DNA of 64,000 nucleotides from the NCBI GenBank assembly GCA_026646875.1, contig JAPKHL010000005.1:24912-88911 (forward strand), written 5' to 3'. This DNA comes from Rhodocyclaceae bacterium (GTDB lineage Bacteria > Pseudomonadota > Gammaproteobacteria > Burkholderiales > Rhodocyclaceae). The translations under genes and the position numbers were made by a program. The notes under the pieces were generated by a model. It was not told the DNA's origin, did no database searches, and worked only from the letters and a program-made list of their open reading frames with translations. Of the stretch, positions 42,277 to 51,375 are shown piece after piece. Each line of letters begins with the position of its first letter. Positions within the stretch are counted from its first letter, which is position 1.

Positions 42277-43215
42277 ATGACGTCGCCGCATTTGAGCTTT
42301 TTCCTCGCGCTGGACAACCTCCCACGACTCGACGAATCAGTGCTGGCCGACAGGCTCGGGCGCGACCACCAGCAGTTTCTTCAGCGGCGCTGGATCGTGC
42401 CCGCAGGCCATCTCACCCATGTGATGGTGCCGTTTCTCGATTCCGAACAGGAAGTCGAAATCGATGTCGATGAGGACGCCGGTCGCTACAGCTACTGCAG
42501 TCCGCTGAACGGCAGAACCATCGTCCAACCGCTGGCGGGGATTGCCCTCTATTCCATCCAGATGGATTCCTGGCTCGCAGATCTGGCGGCGCTGATCGGC
42601 ATTGAGGAGCGGCGACGCTCGAGCCAGATCTGCCGGACACCGAATCACCTGTGGCACCTCGGTGAGCAGCGAATCGCTGGCACGCACGATTTCGCACCGG
42701 TGTTCGTTGGCCGAGCATGGTCACGCGCACCGCAGGACAAGATCACCGCAGTCCTTGCCGACACCGTGTGGCCGCGTGGTGGCGTTGTTCTGTGCCCAAG
42801 GCGAACCAATGCTTCGCTGCCACGTGACCACACGCTGCGCGGCTTCGATGAGTTCGTCCGCGTGACCGATGGCGCAGATGCGTTCGACACCGATGCCTTT
42901 GATCGTGTCCTGCGCGGCTACGCAACCAACGTGGGTGAGCCGGAACCGGTGCAGTTCTTCAATGGCAAGCGGCTCAAGCTCCCGCACATGGCGTCGTCCA
43001 TCGAACTCACCGAAGCGCGCGCCAAGATCATCAAGCTGATGTGGGGGACCGAAGGAAGTGCCCCGCCCGTGATGTCGTGGAAAGAGGTGAATGGTTCCGT
43101 CACCGTCAACACCGGCTTCCAATCCTTCGACGATGCCTTCGGCGACAAAGTAGCGCGTGAGGAGGTGATCGAGTGGGTTTCGCACGGTAAATACCGGGTT
43201 AGGCGCAACACATAA
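42277..43215 (+). CDS. hypothetical protein (312 aa), no recognisable family
   Basis: ATG 11 nt after the upstream stop, preceded by GAGGAGG. Confidence 0.75.
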   Translation: MTSPHLSFFLALDNLPRLDESVLADRLGRDHQQFLQRRWIVPAGHLTHVMVPFLDSEQEVEIDVDEDAGRYSYCSPLNGRTIVQPLAGIALYSIQMDSWLADLAALIGIEERRRSSQICRTPNHLWHLGEQRIAGTHDFAPVFVGRAWSRAPQDKITAVLADTVWPRGGVVLCPRRTNASLPRDHTLRGFDEFVRVTDGADAFDTDAFDRVLRGYATNVGEPEPVQFFNGKRLKLPHMASSIELTEARAKIIKLMWGTEGSAPPVMSWKEVNGSVTVNTGFQSFDDAFGDKVAREEVIEWVSHGKYRVRRNT

Positions 43216-43300
43216 ACGCCCCCATAAATCGAGCCAGACACGGCCCATAAACCCGTGCGGAGACTGCGATGTGCCCATTTCATACAGGAGGCACATCGAA

Positions 43301-43558
43301 ATGCAAACCTACTTCACCAACGCAACATCTGGCCAGACTCCGGCCAAACCCGGTGCGCCACAGCGCATCGCCCTTGACGAAAACGAGCTGGCCATCCGCT
43401 GGGGGCTTTCCGTCAAGACCCTGCGCCGCTGGCGGCAGGAACAACTCGGCCCGGTCTTCTGCAAGCTCGGTGCCCGCGTCACCTACCTGATCTCCGAGGT
43501 CGAAGCCTTCGAGCGTCGCGTTTCGCGGCACTCGACCTTCACTCGTGCATACCAGTGA
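43301..43558 (+). CDS. small HTH DNA-binding protein (AlpA/excisionase-like)
   Basis: LAIRWGLSVKTLRRWRQEQLGPVFCKLGARVTY is an HTH_17-type motif. AGGAGG RBS. Confidence 0.7.
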   Translation: MQTYFTNATSGQTPAKPGAPQRIALDENELAIRWGLSVKTLRRWRQEQLGPVFCKLGARVTYLISEVEAFERRVSRHSTFTRAYQ

Positions 43559-43569
43559 GGAGAGCGGCC

Positions 43570-44052
43570 ATGAGCGATCTGACCATCTTTCCCGCCGACC
43601 TCGCTGCCATGAGCACCGCCCAGTTGGTGGCGCTGCCGATCACCGATTTCGTCGCTGCCGAGCGCAATGTCGACGAGGCCACTGCTTACCTCAAGCAGCT
43701 GCGTGCCAAGCTGGATGCCGCCAAGCTCCAGCGCTACGGCGAGCAGGCCCGTAGCGCGCTGCGGGATTCCGGCCGCGACTTCGGAACCGCCCACGTCAGC
43801 GACGGTGCGCTGCACGTGAAGTACGAGCTCCCCAAAAAGGTGACCTGGAGCCAGACCATCCTCAAGGAGATGGCCGAGCGTATTGCCGCCTCAGGCGACA
43901 AGGTCGAGGACTACATCGACATCAAGTTGTCGGTGTCCGAGTCCCGCTACACCAACTGGCCCACGGCGCTGCAGGAGCAATTTGCGGCTGCGCGCACGGT
44001 CGAGGAAGGCAAGCCGAGCATCACCCTGACGCTCGATGGGGGTGCCGCATGA
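43570..44052 (+). CDS. hypothetical phage protein
   Basis: 160 aa. Its stop overlaps the next gene's start. Confidence 0.65.
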   Translation: MSDLTIFPADLAAMSTAQLVALPITDFVAAERNVDEATAYLKQLRAKLDAAKLQRYGEQARSALRDSGRDFGTAHVSDGALHVKYELPKKVTWSQTILKEMAERIAASGDKVEDYIDIKLSVSESRYTNWPTALQEQFAAARTVEEGKPSITLTLDGGAA

Positions 44053-44897
44053 AGAAGCTCCCCATCGTGTCCGCAATCGAGCGGATGGCCGAGCGCAAGG
44101 GCGTGAAGCTGCTGATGCTGGGCAAGTCTGGCATCGGCAAAACCACGCGGCTCAAGGACCTCGACCCGGCCACCACGCTGTTCCTCGACATCGAGGCCGG
44201 TGATTTGGCGGTGGCCGACTGGCCGGGCGACACCATCCGTCCGGCTTCGTGGCCGGAGAGCCGCGACTTCTTCGTGTTCCTCGCGGGCCCGGACAAGTCG
44301 CTGCCGCCTGAGAGCGCCTTCTCGCAGGCTCACTACGACCACGTCATCGAAAAGTTTGGTGATCCGACACAGCTCGAGCGCTACCAGACCTTCTTCCTCG
44401 ACTCGATCACGCAGCTGTCCCGCCAGTGCTTCGCGTGGTGCAAGACGCAGCCGGGTGCCGTCAGCGACCGCTCGGGCAAGCCTGACCTACGCGCGGCCTA
44501 TGGCCTGCTCGGCCAGGAAATGATCAGCGCATTGACCCACTTGCAGCACGCACGCGGCAAGAACGTGGTGTTCGTGGCGATCCTCGACGAGCGGCTCGAT
44601 GACTACAACCGCAAGGTGTTCGTCCCGCAGATCGAAGGCAGCAAAACCAGCCTGGAGCTGCCCGGCATCGTCGACGAGGTTGTGACGCTGGCCGAGATCA
44701 AGGCCGAGGACGGCAGCACCTACCGCGCCTTCGTCACCCACACCGTCAATCCCTACGGCTTTCCGGCCAAAGACCGCAGCGGTCGCCTCGACCTGCTGGA
44801 GCCGCCGCATCTCGGCGCGCTGATCGCCAAGTGCGCAGGCGCTTCCGCCGTGCCTGCCAGCGCCGCCACCCCCGCACACATCGAATCTCAGGAGTAA
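44049..44897 (+). CDS. Sak4-like RecA-fold ATPase (AAA_24 type)
   Basis: Walker A LMLGKSGIGKTT; 282 aa; phage recombination gene context. Confidence 0.75.
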   Translation: MKKLPIVSAIERMAERKGVKLLMLGKSGIGKTTRLKDLDPATTLFLDIEAGDLAVADWPGDTIRPASWPESRDFFVFLAGPDKSLPPESAFSQAHYDHVIEKFGDPTQLERYQTFFLDSITQLSRQCFAWCKTQPGAVSDRSGKPDLRAAYGLLGQEMISALTHLQHARGKNVVFVAILDERLDDYNRKVFVPQIEGSKTSLELPGIVDEVVTLAEIKAEDGSTYRAFVTHTVNPYGFPAKDRSGRLDLLEPPHLGALIAKCAGASAVPASAATPAHIESQE

Positions 44898-44902
44898 TCG
44901 CA

Positions 44903-45526
44903 ATGACCGCATGGAATGACTTCAACGACGCCGACGCCCAGCAATCCGGCTTTGATCTGATCCCCAAGGGCACCGTTGTCCCGGTGCGCATGACCCTCAA
45001 GCCCGGTGGCTATGACGACCCGTCGCAGGGCTGGGGCGGCGGCTACGCCACCGAATCTTTCGAGACCGGCTCGATCTACCTTGCCGCCGAATTCGTGGTC
45101 ACCTCTGGTGACCACGCCAAACGCAAGATGTGGTCGAACATTGGCCTGCACTCCAAGAAGGGTCCGACCTGGGGCCAAATGGGGCGCAGCTTCATTCGCG
45201 CGGCGCTCAACAGTGCCCGCAACGTTCATCCGCAGGACAACAGCCCACAGGCTTCTTCTGCGCGCCGCATCCAGGGCTTCCATGAACTGGATGGCCTGGA
45301 GTTCCTCGCCCGCGTCGACATCGAGAAGGACGGCAAGGGCCAGGACCGCAACGTGGTCAAAGTGGCGGTCGAACCCGATCACCCCGACTACGCCAAGTTG
45401 ATGGGTGTGCCGACCAAGGCTTCGGGCGGCGGATCTTCCGGGGCTCCGGCGCAGGCAGCACCCGCGTACCAAGCACCGGCTCCGCAACGCGCACCCGTGA
45501 CGGGCAAACCGTCGTGGGCGCAGTGA
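44903..45526 (+). CDS. DUF669-like phage protein (putative ssDNA-binding partner of Sak4)
   Basis: 207 aa located directly after the Sak4-like gene, the usual pairing. The assignment rests on context and sequence feel. Confidence 0.55.
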   Translation: MTAWNDFNDADAQQSGFDLIPKGTVVPVRMTLKPGGYDDPSQGWGGGYATESFETGSIYLAAEFVVTSGDHAKRKMWSNIGLHSKKGPTWGQMGRSFIRAALNSARNVHPQDNSPQASSARRIQGFHELDGLEFLARVDIEKDGKGQDRNVVKVAVEPDHPDYAKLMGVPTKASGGGSSGAPAQAAPAYQAPAPQRAPVTGKPSWAQ

Positions 45527-45537
45527 GGGAGATTGCC

Positions 45538-46392
45538 ATGAACGCATCCATGCTCACTGCCAGCCACTACGGCGTCGTGCATTTCGGCGATCTCGACTGC
45601 GAGGCGGTCGTGCTCACCACCGGCGAGCGCGGCTACGTCCGCAAGGAACTGGCCAAGCTCCTCGGTTTTCACGAATCGCACAAGGGTGGCCGTTTCGCCC
45701 GTTTTCTGGCTGACATTGCACCTAACTCATTGTCTCTATTGGAGAAATCATCCGGGCCGATTCTGCTGCCATCGGGACGCCAGACCCAGTTCTTCCCTGC
45801 AGGCATCATCGCGGACGTGGCCACCTCCGTGGTGGACGCAGCCATTGCAGGCACGCTGCACCGCGCACGCCAGGGCATCGTCGGTAACTGCCTGACGATC
45901 ATGCGCGCTCTTGCCACCACTGGCGAGGTCGCGCTGATCGACGAGGCCACTGGCTACCAGCACCACCGCGCACCGGATGCGCTGCAGGAGCTGATCTCCA
46001 AGTTGCTGCGCCAGTCCTGCGCATCGTGGGAGCGCCGCTTCCATCCGGACTACTACCGCGCCATCTATCGGTTGTTCGGCTGGAAGTACCAGGGCCACGA
46101 CCAGAACCCTCCGCACGTCGTCGGCCAGATCACGCTGCGCTGGGTCTACGGGCCGGTGCTGCCAGAAGACTTGCTGGGCGAGATCCGCAATCGCAAGGGC
46201 ATCTCGCAGAAGCACCACCAGTGGCTGTCCGATCAGGGACTTGCGCATCTGGAATCGCAGATTCACGCCGTCACGGCGATTGCGCGCAGCTCGATGAGCT
46301 ACCCCGACTTCAAGCGCCGCTGCGAAGCCGCTTTCGCTGGTGCTGCCCTGCAGTTGGGCCTGCTGCTCGATGAACTCGAGGAGGGGGCGTGA
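45538..46392 (+). CDS. P63C-domain-like phage protein
   Basis: 284 aa. The central ...WERRFHPDYYRAIYRLFGW... region resembles the P63C family. Confidence 0.55.
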   Translation: MNASMLTASHYGVVHFGDLDCEAVVLTTGERGYVRKELAKLLGFHESHKGGRFARFLADIAPNSLSLLEKSSGPILLPSGRQTQFFPAGIIADVATSVVDAAIAGTLHRARQGIVGNCLTIMRALATTGEVALIDEATGYQHHRAPDALQELISKLLRQSCASWERRFHPDYYRAIYRLFGWKYQGHDQNPPHVVGQITLRWVYGPVLPEDLLGEIRNRKGISQKHHQWLSDQGLAHLESQIHAVTAIARSSMSYPDFKRRCEAAFAGAALQLGLLLDELEEGA

Positions 46393-46889
46393 AATGCTGG
46401 GTCTGCAAACGACAGGCCCGGGGCTACGGCCACACCGACAACCGCCACGGTGTGGGCGATCCCCGGCGCTATCCCATCGACTGGGTGTTCTGCTCGCGTC
46501 GCTGCCAGGACGCATTTCACGCGCTGTACGGCAACTGGCAGCGGGCCAAGGAAGGTCGCATCGACAAGACGGAGGTCGCCATGATTGATCCGTCTGATGT
46601 CGAACTAGCCGCAATGCGTCATTGCCTCAAGGCCTTCGGCGAGGCAGCGGGCGAGATCGGCTTCACCAAGCCGCTGGGCGACTACTCCGAAGCCGAAGCT
46701 CTGCGGGTAATCGACGCCATCGTCACTTGCTGGTCGGACGCAATGGTCGCGCACCACGAGTCCAGCAAGTTTCCGCCCGTGCGGGGCTTGCCGCCCACGC
46801 CCGATCCGCTGGCACCCGATGCCGCCAATCCGTTCGCGGATCTGGAGGACGACCTGCCCTGGGAAGAACCGAGGGGGAAGAAGCCATGA
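46389..46889 (+). CDS. hypothetical phage protein with an N-terminal Cys-rich motif
   Basis: The GTG start overlaps the upstream stop. CWVC...CSRRC suggests a zinc ribbon. Confidence 0.6.
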   Translation: MKCWVCKRQARGYGHTDNRHGVGDPRRYPIDWVFCSRRCQDAFHALYGNWQRAKEGRIDKTEVAMIDPSDVELAAMRHCLKAFGEAAGEIGFTKPLGDYSEAEALRVIDAIVTCWSDAMVAHHESSKFPPVRGLPPTPDPLAPDAANPFADLEDDLPWEEPRGKKP

Positions 46890-47620
46890 TGGACTTCAAT
46901 TCCTCATCGAGCATCGCGGGCCAGGTCACCGCCTTGGTCGACGCCGGGTTGCAGCAGGCCCGCGCCCGTCAGTCTGAGCGCCAGTACCTCGGGGCCTCGC
47001 GCCTCGGAGTGGCCTGCAAGCGCGCGCTGCAGTTCGAGTACGCCAAGGCTCCCATCGACCACGGGCGGGACACCCCGGGCCGGATGCTGCGCATCTTCGA
47101 GCGTGGCCATGTCATGGAGGACTGCATGGTCGCGTGGCTGCGGGACGCAGGTTTTGACTTGCGCACCCGAAAGGCCGATGGCGAGCAGTTCGGCTTCTCG
47201 GTGGCCGATGGTCGCCTGCAGGGACACGTCGACGGCGTCGTCGTTGGGGGCCCCGAGGGCTTCGCCTATCCCGCGTTATGGGAGTGCAAGTGCCTGGGCA
47301 ACAAGTCCTGGAGCGATCTGGAGAAAAAGGGCTTGGCCATCTCCAAGCCCATCTACGCCGCGCAAGTGGCGATTTACCAAGCCTATCTCGAACTGCACGA
47401 GCACCCGGCGATCTTCACGGCGCTCAACGCCGACACGATGGAGATCTACACCGAGCTCGTGCCCTTTGACGCGGCGCTGGCCCAACGCATGTCGGATCGG
47501 GCAGTGAAGGTCATCACGGCGACCAAGGCTGGCGAGCTTCTGCCACGCGCCTTCCACGACCCGACCCACTTCGAATGCCGGATGTGCGCGTGGCAAGACC
47601 GCTGCTGGAGGACAACATGA
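46886..47620 (+). CDS. PD-(D/E)XK nuclease, Cas4-like with a 4-Cys cluster
   Basis: D...ECK motif (HVDGVV...LWECKCLG) plus an N-terminal Cys and a C-terminal CRMCAWQDRC. Confidence 0.75.
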   Translation: MMDFNSSSSIAGQVTALVDAGLQQARARQSERQYLGASRLGVACKRALQFEYAKAPIDHGRDTPGRMLRIFERGHVMEDCMVAWLRDAGFDLRTRKADGEQFGFSVADGRLQGHVDGVVVGGPEGFAYPALWECKCLGNKSWSDLEKKGLAISKPIYAAQVAIYQAYLELHEHPAIFTALNADTMEIYTELVPFDAALAQRMSDRAVKVITATKAGELLPRAFHDPTHFECRMCAWQDRCWRTT

Positions 47621-47862
47621 GCAACGACACGCAATTCATCGGTGGCGTCGAACCGATGATCGACGCCAAGCAGGCCGCTGCCGCACTGCGACTGCCGTAC
47701 TACTGGTTTGCTGATCCGCAGATGCGCAGCAAGTACAAGATTCCCCACTACCTGATGGGCGGTCTGGTGCGCTATCGACCATCAGAACTGTCGGCGTGGG
47801 CCGCGCGCAGCACTGCCGCGCAGGGGCGCAACGGGGACGCCGATGGTGAGGAGGCCGAATGA
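47617..47862 (+). CDS. small HTH protein (excisionase/AlpA-like)
   Basis: 81 aa. The ATGA overlaps the upstream gene. Contains AAAALRLPYYWF...GGLVRYRPSELSAW. Confidence 0.6.
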   Translation: MSNDTQFIGGVEPMIDAKQAAAALRLPYYWFADPQMRSKYKIPHYLMGGLVRYRPSELSAWAARSTAAQGRNGDADGEEAE

Positions 47863-50159
47863 CGCTCGACTTCAACGACATCGCGCCACTGCCCGACCCC
47901 ACCCGCCTCACCCTCGGCGATGCCGAACGCGAAGAACTGCGTGCCGAACTGCTCGCGCGTCTTGAATCCGTTCTGATCACCTTATTCCCGGCGGGCAAGA
48001 AGCGCCGTGGCAAGTTCCTGATCGGCGACGTGCTGGGTAGTCCCGGCGACAGCCTCGAGGTGGTGCTCGATGGCGAGAAGGCTGGACTGTGGACAGATCG
48101 CGCCACCGGCGACGGTGGCGACATCTATGCACTGATTGCCGCGCACCTCGGTATCGACGTGCCGGGCGACTTTCCGCGCGTGCTCGACGCCGCTGCCGAT
48201 CTGATCGGACGCTCGCGTTCCGCACCAGTACGCAAGGCCAACAAGAAGGACGTGCCGGTCGACGAACTCGGCCCCGCCACCGCGAAGTGGGACTATCTCG
48301 ACGCCCAAGGCCATCTCATCGCCGTCGTCTACCGCTACGACCCACCCGGACAGAAGAAGCAGTTCCGGCCCTGGGATGCGAAGCGGCGCAAGATGGCACC
48401 GCCCGACCCGCGTCCGCTCTACAACCAGCCAGGGATGACCAGTACCGCGCAGGTGGTGCTGGTCGAAGGCGAGAAGTGCGCGCAGGCCCTGATCGACGCG
48501 GGCATCGTGGCCACCACGGCGATGCACGGCGCGAACGCTCCGGTCGAAAAGACCGACTGGTCGCCATTGGCCGGAAAGGCCGTGCTGATCTGGCCCGACC
48601 GCGACAAGCCGGGCTGGGAGTACGCCACGCAGGCGGCACAGGCCATCTTGTCGGCGGGGGCCAAATCCTGCCACGTTCTCTATCCGCCCGAAGAGGCTGC
48701 AGAGGGCTGGGACGTGGCCGATGCCATCGCCGAGGGCTTTGATGTCGCCACATTCCTCACCCACGGGCCGCGCCTGCAGATGCACGACGTGGCCGATGAC
48801 GTTGATCCACTCGTTAGCAGCGACGAATCCGTCTGGGGTACGGAGGACGCGCTGGCGCTGTCCTTCACGCGCCGCTACCACCGCGACTGGCGCTACGTGG
48901 CTGGCTGGGGCAAGTGGCTGGTCTGGGACGGGCAACGCTGGCGCACCGAGGACACGCTGGCGGCCACGGACTTGATCCGCAGCGTCTGCCGCCAGACGGC
49001 TGTGCGCGCCGACAACCCCAAGGTCGCCGCCAAATTGGCCAGCGCAGGAACGGTCGGCGGTGTGGAGCGCCTGGCGCGTGCTGATCGCAGGCACGCGGCC
49101 ACCACCGACGAATGGGATGCAGATCCGTGGTTGCTCAACACGCCGGGCGGTGTGGTCGATCTCAAGACAGGCCGGATGCGCCCGCACGAGCGCGCCGACC
49201 GGATGACCAAGATCACCACAGCCACGCCGAGTGGCGACTGCCCGACCTGGAGGCAGTTCATCGACGAGGTCACGGGTGGCGACAAGGAGTTGCAGTCCTA
49301 CCTGCAACGGATGGTCGGTTACGCACTGACCGGGTCGACGCAAGAGCACGCGCTGTTCTTCCTGTACGGCACAGGCGCGAACGGCAAGTCGGTGTTCGTC
49401 AACACGCTGGCCACCATCCTGGGTGATTACGCGACCAACGCGCCGATGGACACCTTCATGGAAACGCGCACCGACCGGCACCCGACCGATATGGCGGGAC
49501 TGCGCGGCGCGCGCTTCGTGGCGGCCATCGAAACCGAGCAGGGAAAACGCTGGGCCGAGTCCAAGCTCAAGAACCTCACCGGTGGGGACAAGATCTCGGC
49601 GCGCTTCATGCGCCAGGACTTCTTCGAGTTCTTCCCGCAGTTCAAGTTGTTCGTGGCGGGCAACCACAAGCCTGCCATTCGCAATATCGACGAGGCGATG
49701 AAACGCAGGCTGCACCTGATCCCTTTCACGATCACCGTGCCGCCCGAGCGCCGCGACAAGAACCTGCAACAGAAGCTCTTGGCCGAACGTGACGGCATCC
49801 TCGGGTGGGCCGTGCAGGGCTGTCTCGACTGGCAGCGCCACGGACGACTCTCTCCACCGCAGCGCGTGGTGGACGCCACCGAGGAGTATTTCGAAGCCGA
49901 GGACGCCCTGGGTCGCTGGCTCGATGAGCGCTGCGTGCGCGAGCCCAACGCCAAGTCATTGACCGCCGAGTTGTTCAACGACTGGAAGCAGTGGGCTGAA
50001 GCTTCTGGCGAGTTTGTCGGCGCACAACGCCGCTTTTCCGATCTGCTCATCACGCGTGGGTTGGACAAATGGCGCAACGGGATGGGCGTGCGCGGGTTCC
50101 AGGGCATTGGCCTCAAGCACCCGCCGACCCCTGCCTACACCCCCTACGCGGACGACTGA
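47859..50159 (+). CDS. phage/plasmid primase-helicase (Toprim + D5_N + P4-type C-terminal NTPase)
   Basis: 766 aa with Toprim VVLVEGEKCAQAL...WPDRD and Walker A GTGANGKS. Confidence 0.88.
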   Translation: MTLDFNDIAPLPDPTRLTLGDAEREELRAELLARLESVLITLFPAGKKRRGKFLIGDVLGSPGDSLEVVLDGEKAGLWTDRATGDGGDIYALIAAHLGIDVPGDFPRVLDAAADLIGRSRSAPVRKANKKDVPVDELGPATAKWDYLDAQGHLIAVVYRYDPPGQKKQFRPWDAKRRKMAPPDPRPLYNQPGMTSTAQVVLVEGEKCAQALIDAGIVATTAMHGANAPVEKTDWSPLAGKAVLIWPDRDKPGWEYATQAAQAILSAGAKSCHVLYPPEEAAEGWDVADAIAEGFDVATFLTHGPRLQMHDVADDVDPLVSSDESVWGTEDALALSFTRRYHRDWRYVAGWGKWLVWDGQRWRTEDTLAATDLIRSVCRQTAVRADNPKVAAKLASAGTVGGVERLARADRRHAATTDEWDADPWLLNTPGGVVDLKTGRMRPHERADRMTKITTATPSGDCPTWRQFIDEVTGGDKELQSYLQRMVGYALTGSTQEHALFFLYGTGANGKSVFVNTLATILGDYATNAPMDTFMETRTDRHPTDMAGLRGARFVAAIETEQGKRWAESKLKNLTGGDKISARFMRQDFFEFFPQFKLFVAGNHKPAIRNIDEAMKRRLHLIPFTITVPPERRDKNLQQKLLAERDGILGWAVQGCLDWQRHGRLSPPQRVVDATEEYFEAEDALGRWLDERCVREPNAKSLTAELFNDWKQWAEASGEFVGAQRRFSDLLITRGLDKWRNGMGVRGFQGIGLKHPPTPAYTPYADD

Positions 50160-50299
50160 CCCCATGAAAACCACGCGGTCTGACGCAGCTGACGCAGTTT
50201 GTCGTAACCCCTACGCGTGCGCGTGTGCGCGCGCCTCATGGAGAGTTTCGTCACGAAGTGTCAGCTGCGTCAGATCCGCACCGGATAAGGACTGACACC

Positions 50300-50764
50300 A
50301 TGACCACGACCATCCTCGCCCTCGATCTGGGCACCACCACCGGCTGGGCACTGCGCGGCAGCGACGGCCACATCACGAGCGGCTCCGAGAGCTTCCGGCC
50401 GCAGCGCTTCGAAGGCGGCGGAATGCGCTTCCTGCGCTTCAAACGCTGGCTCACCGAACTGAAGGCCGTCACCAGTGGCATCGACTGCCTGCACTTCGAA
50501 GAGGTGCGTCGCCACGTCTCGACCGATGCTGCCCACGCCTACGGCGGTTTCCTTGCCACGCTCACGGCGTGGTGCGAGCATCACCATATCCCGTACCAGG
50601 GCGTGCCAGTCGGCACGATCAAGAAGCACGCGACCGGCAAGGGCAACGCCAGCAAGGATGAGATGGTGGCATCCGTCCGGGCGCGTGGCCACGCTCCGGT
50701 TGATGACAACGAAGCCGATGCCCTAGCACTGCTGCACTGGGCCATCGAGACGCAGGAGGTGTGA
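50300..50764 (+). CDS. RuvC-like Holliday junction resolvase
   Basis: ILALDLGTTTGWAL, HFEEV and NEADALAL are RuvC-fold acidic motifs. Confidence 0.75.
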   Translation: MTTTILALDLGTTTGWALRGSDGHITSGSESFRPQRFEGGGMRFLRFKRWLTELKAVTSGIDCLHFEEVRRHVSTDAAHAYGGFLATLTAWCEHHHIPYQGVPVGTIKKHATGKGNASKDEMVASVRARGHAPVDDNEADALALLHWAIETQEV

Positions 50765-50765
50765 C

Positions 50766-50966
50766 GTGAAGATACCCGCCTACCGTTACCGCTGCCCCCT
50801 TGGACGTCTCGATGACCGTGATGACCCAGAAGACATCAAACGCCAGGGCTGGCGCGACCAGCACATCCTGGTGGTCAACGCATCCGATGAACGTCTGGAC
50901 TTTATCGAGCGAGAGATCGTGCGCCGCATTGGCGAACGCTTGTACGGAGGGGCTCGTCATGGCTGA
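50766..50966 (+). CDS. hypothetical phage protein
   Basis: 66 aa with a GTG start, tightly packed between neighbouring genes. Confidence 0.45.
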   Translation: MKIPAYRYRCPLGRLDDRDDPEDIKRQGWRDQHILVVNASDERLDFIEREIVRRIGERLYGGARHG

Positions 50967-51375
50967 ATGGACGATTGAGGATGTAGCGGCCCGCTTCGAG
51001 GAGGCCGCCAGCACCGGACGACGCCTGCCCCCTGTGCGTGTGCAGGGCTACTTCAACACATGGCCCGTCATCGTGCGCAAGGAGTGGGAGACGTTCGCAG
51101 CTGACGAGCACGTCTACCGACCGTTCCCCCCCACCCCCGATGCCATCGATCGCATGCTGGAGACGATGAAGTGGGTGCAGTGGTTGGAGGTCGAGCAACG
51201 ACATCTGGTGTGGATGCGTGCCAAGCGCTACGGCTGGCGGGACATCACGATCCGCTTTGCCTGCGACCGCACGACGGCGTGGCGTCGCTGGCAGCGGGCG
51301 CTGGAGATCGTGGCCGAGAAGCTCAACAGCGAAGGCATCCGTGCGCCCTCCAAAATCGTAGGCCAAGCAGGGTAA
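50959..51375 (+). CDS. hypothetical phage protein
   Basis: 138 aa, MAEWTIEDVAARFEEAASTGRRLPP... Overlaps the upstream ORF by 8 nt. Confidence 0.6.
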   Translation: MAEWTIEDVAARFEEAASTGRRLPPVRVQGYFNTWPVIVRKEWETFAADEHVYRPFPPTPDAIDRMLETMKWVQWLEVEQRHLVWMRAKRYGWRDITIRFACDRTTAWRRWQRALEIVAEKLNSEGIRAPSKIVGQAG

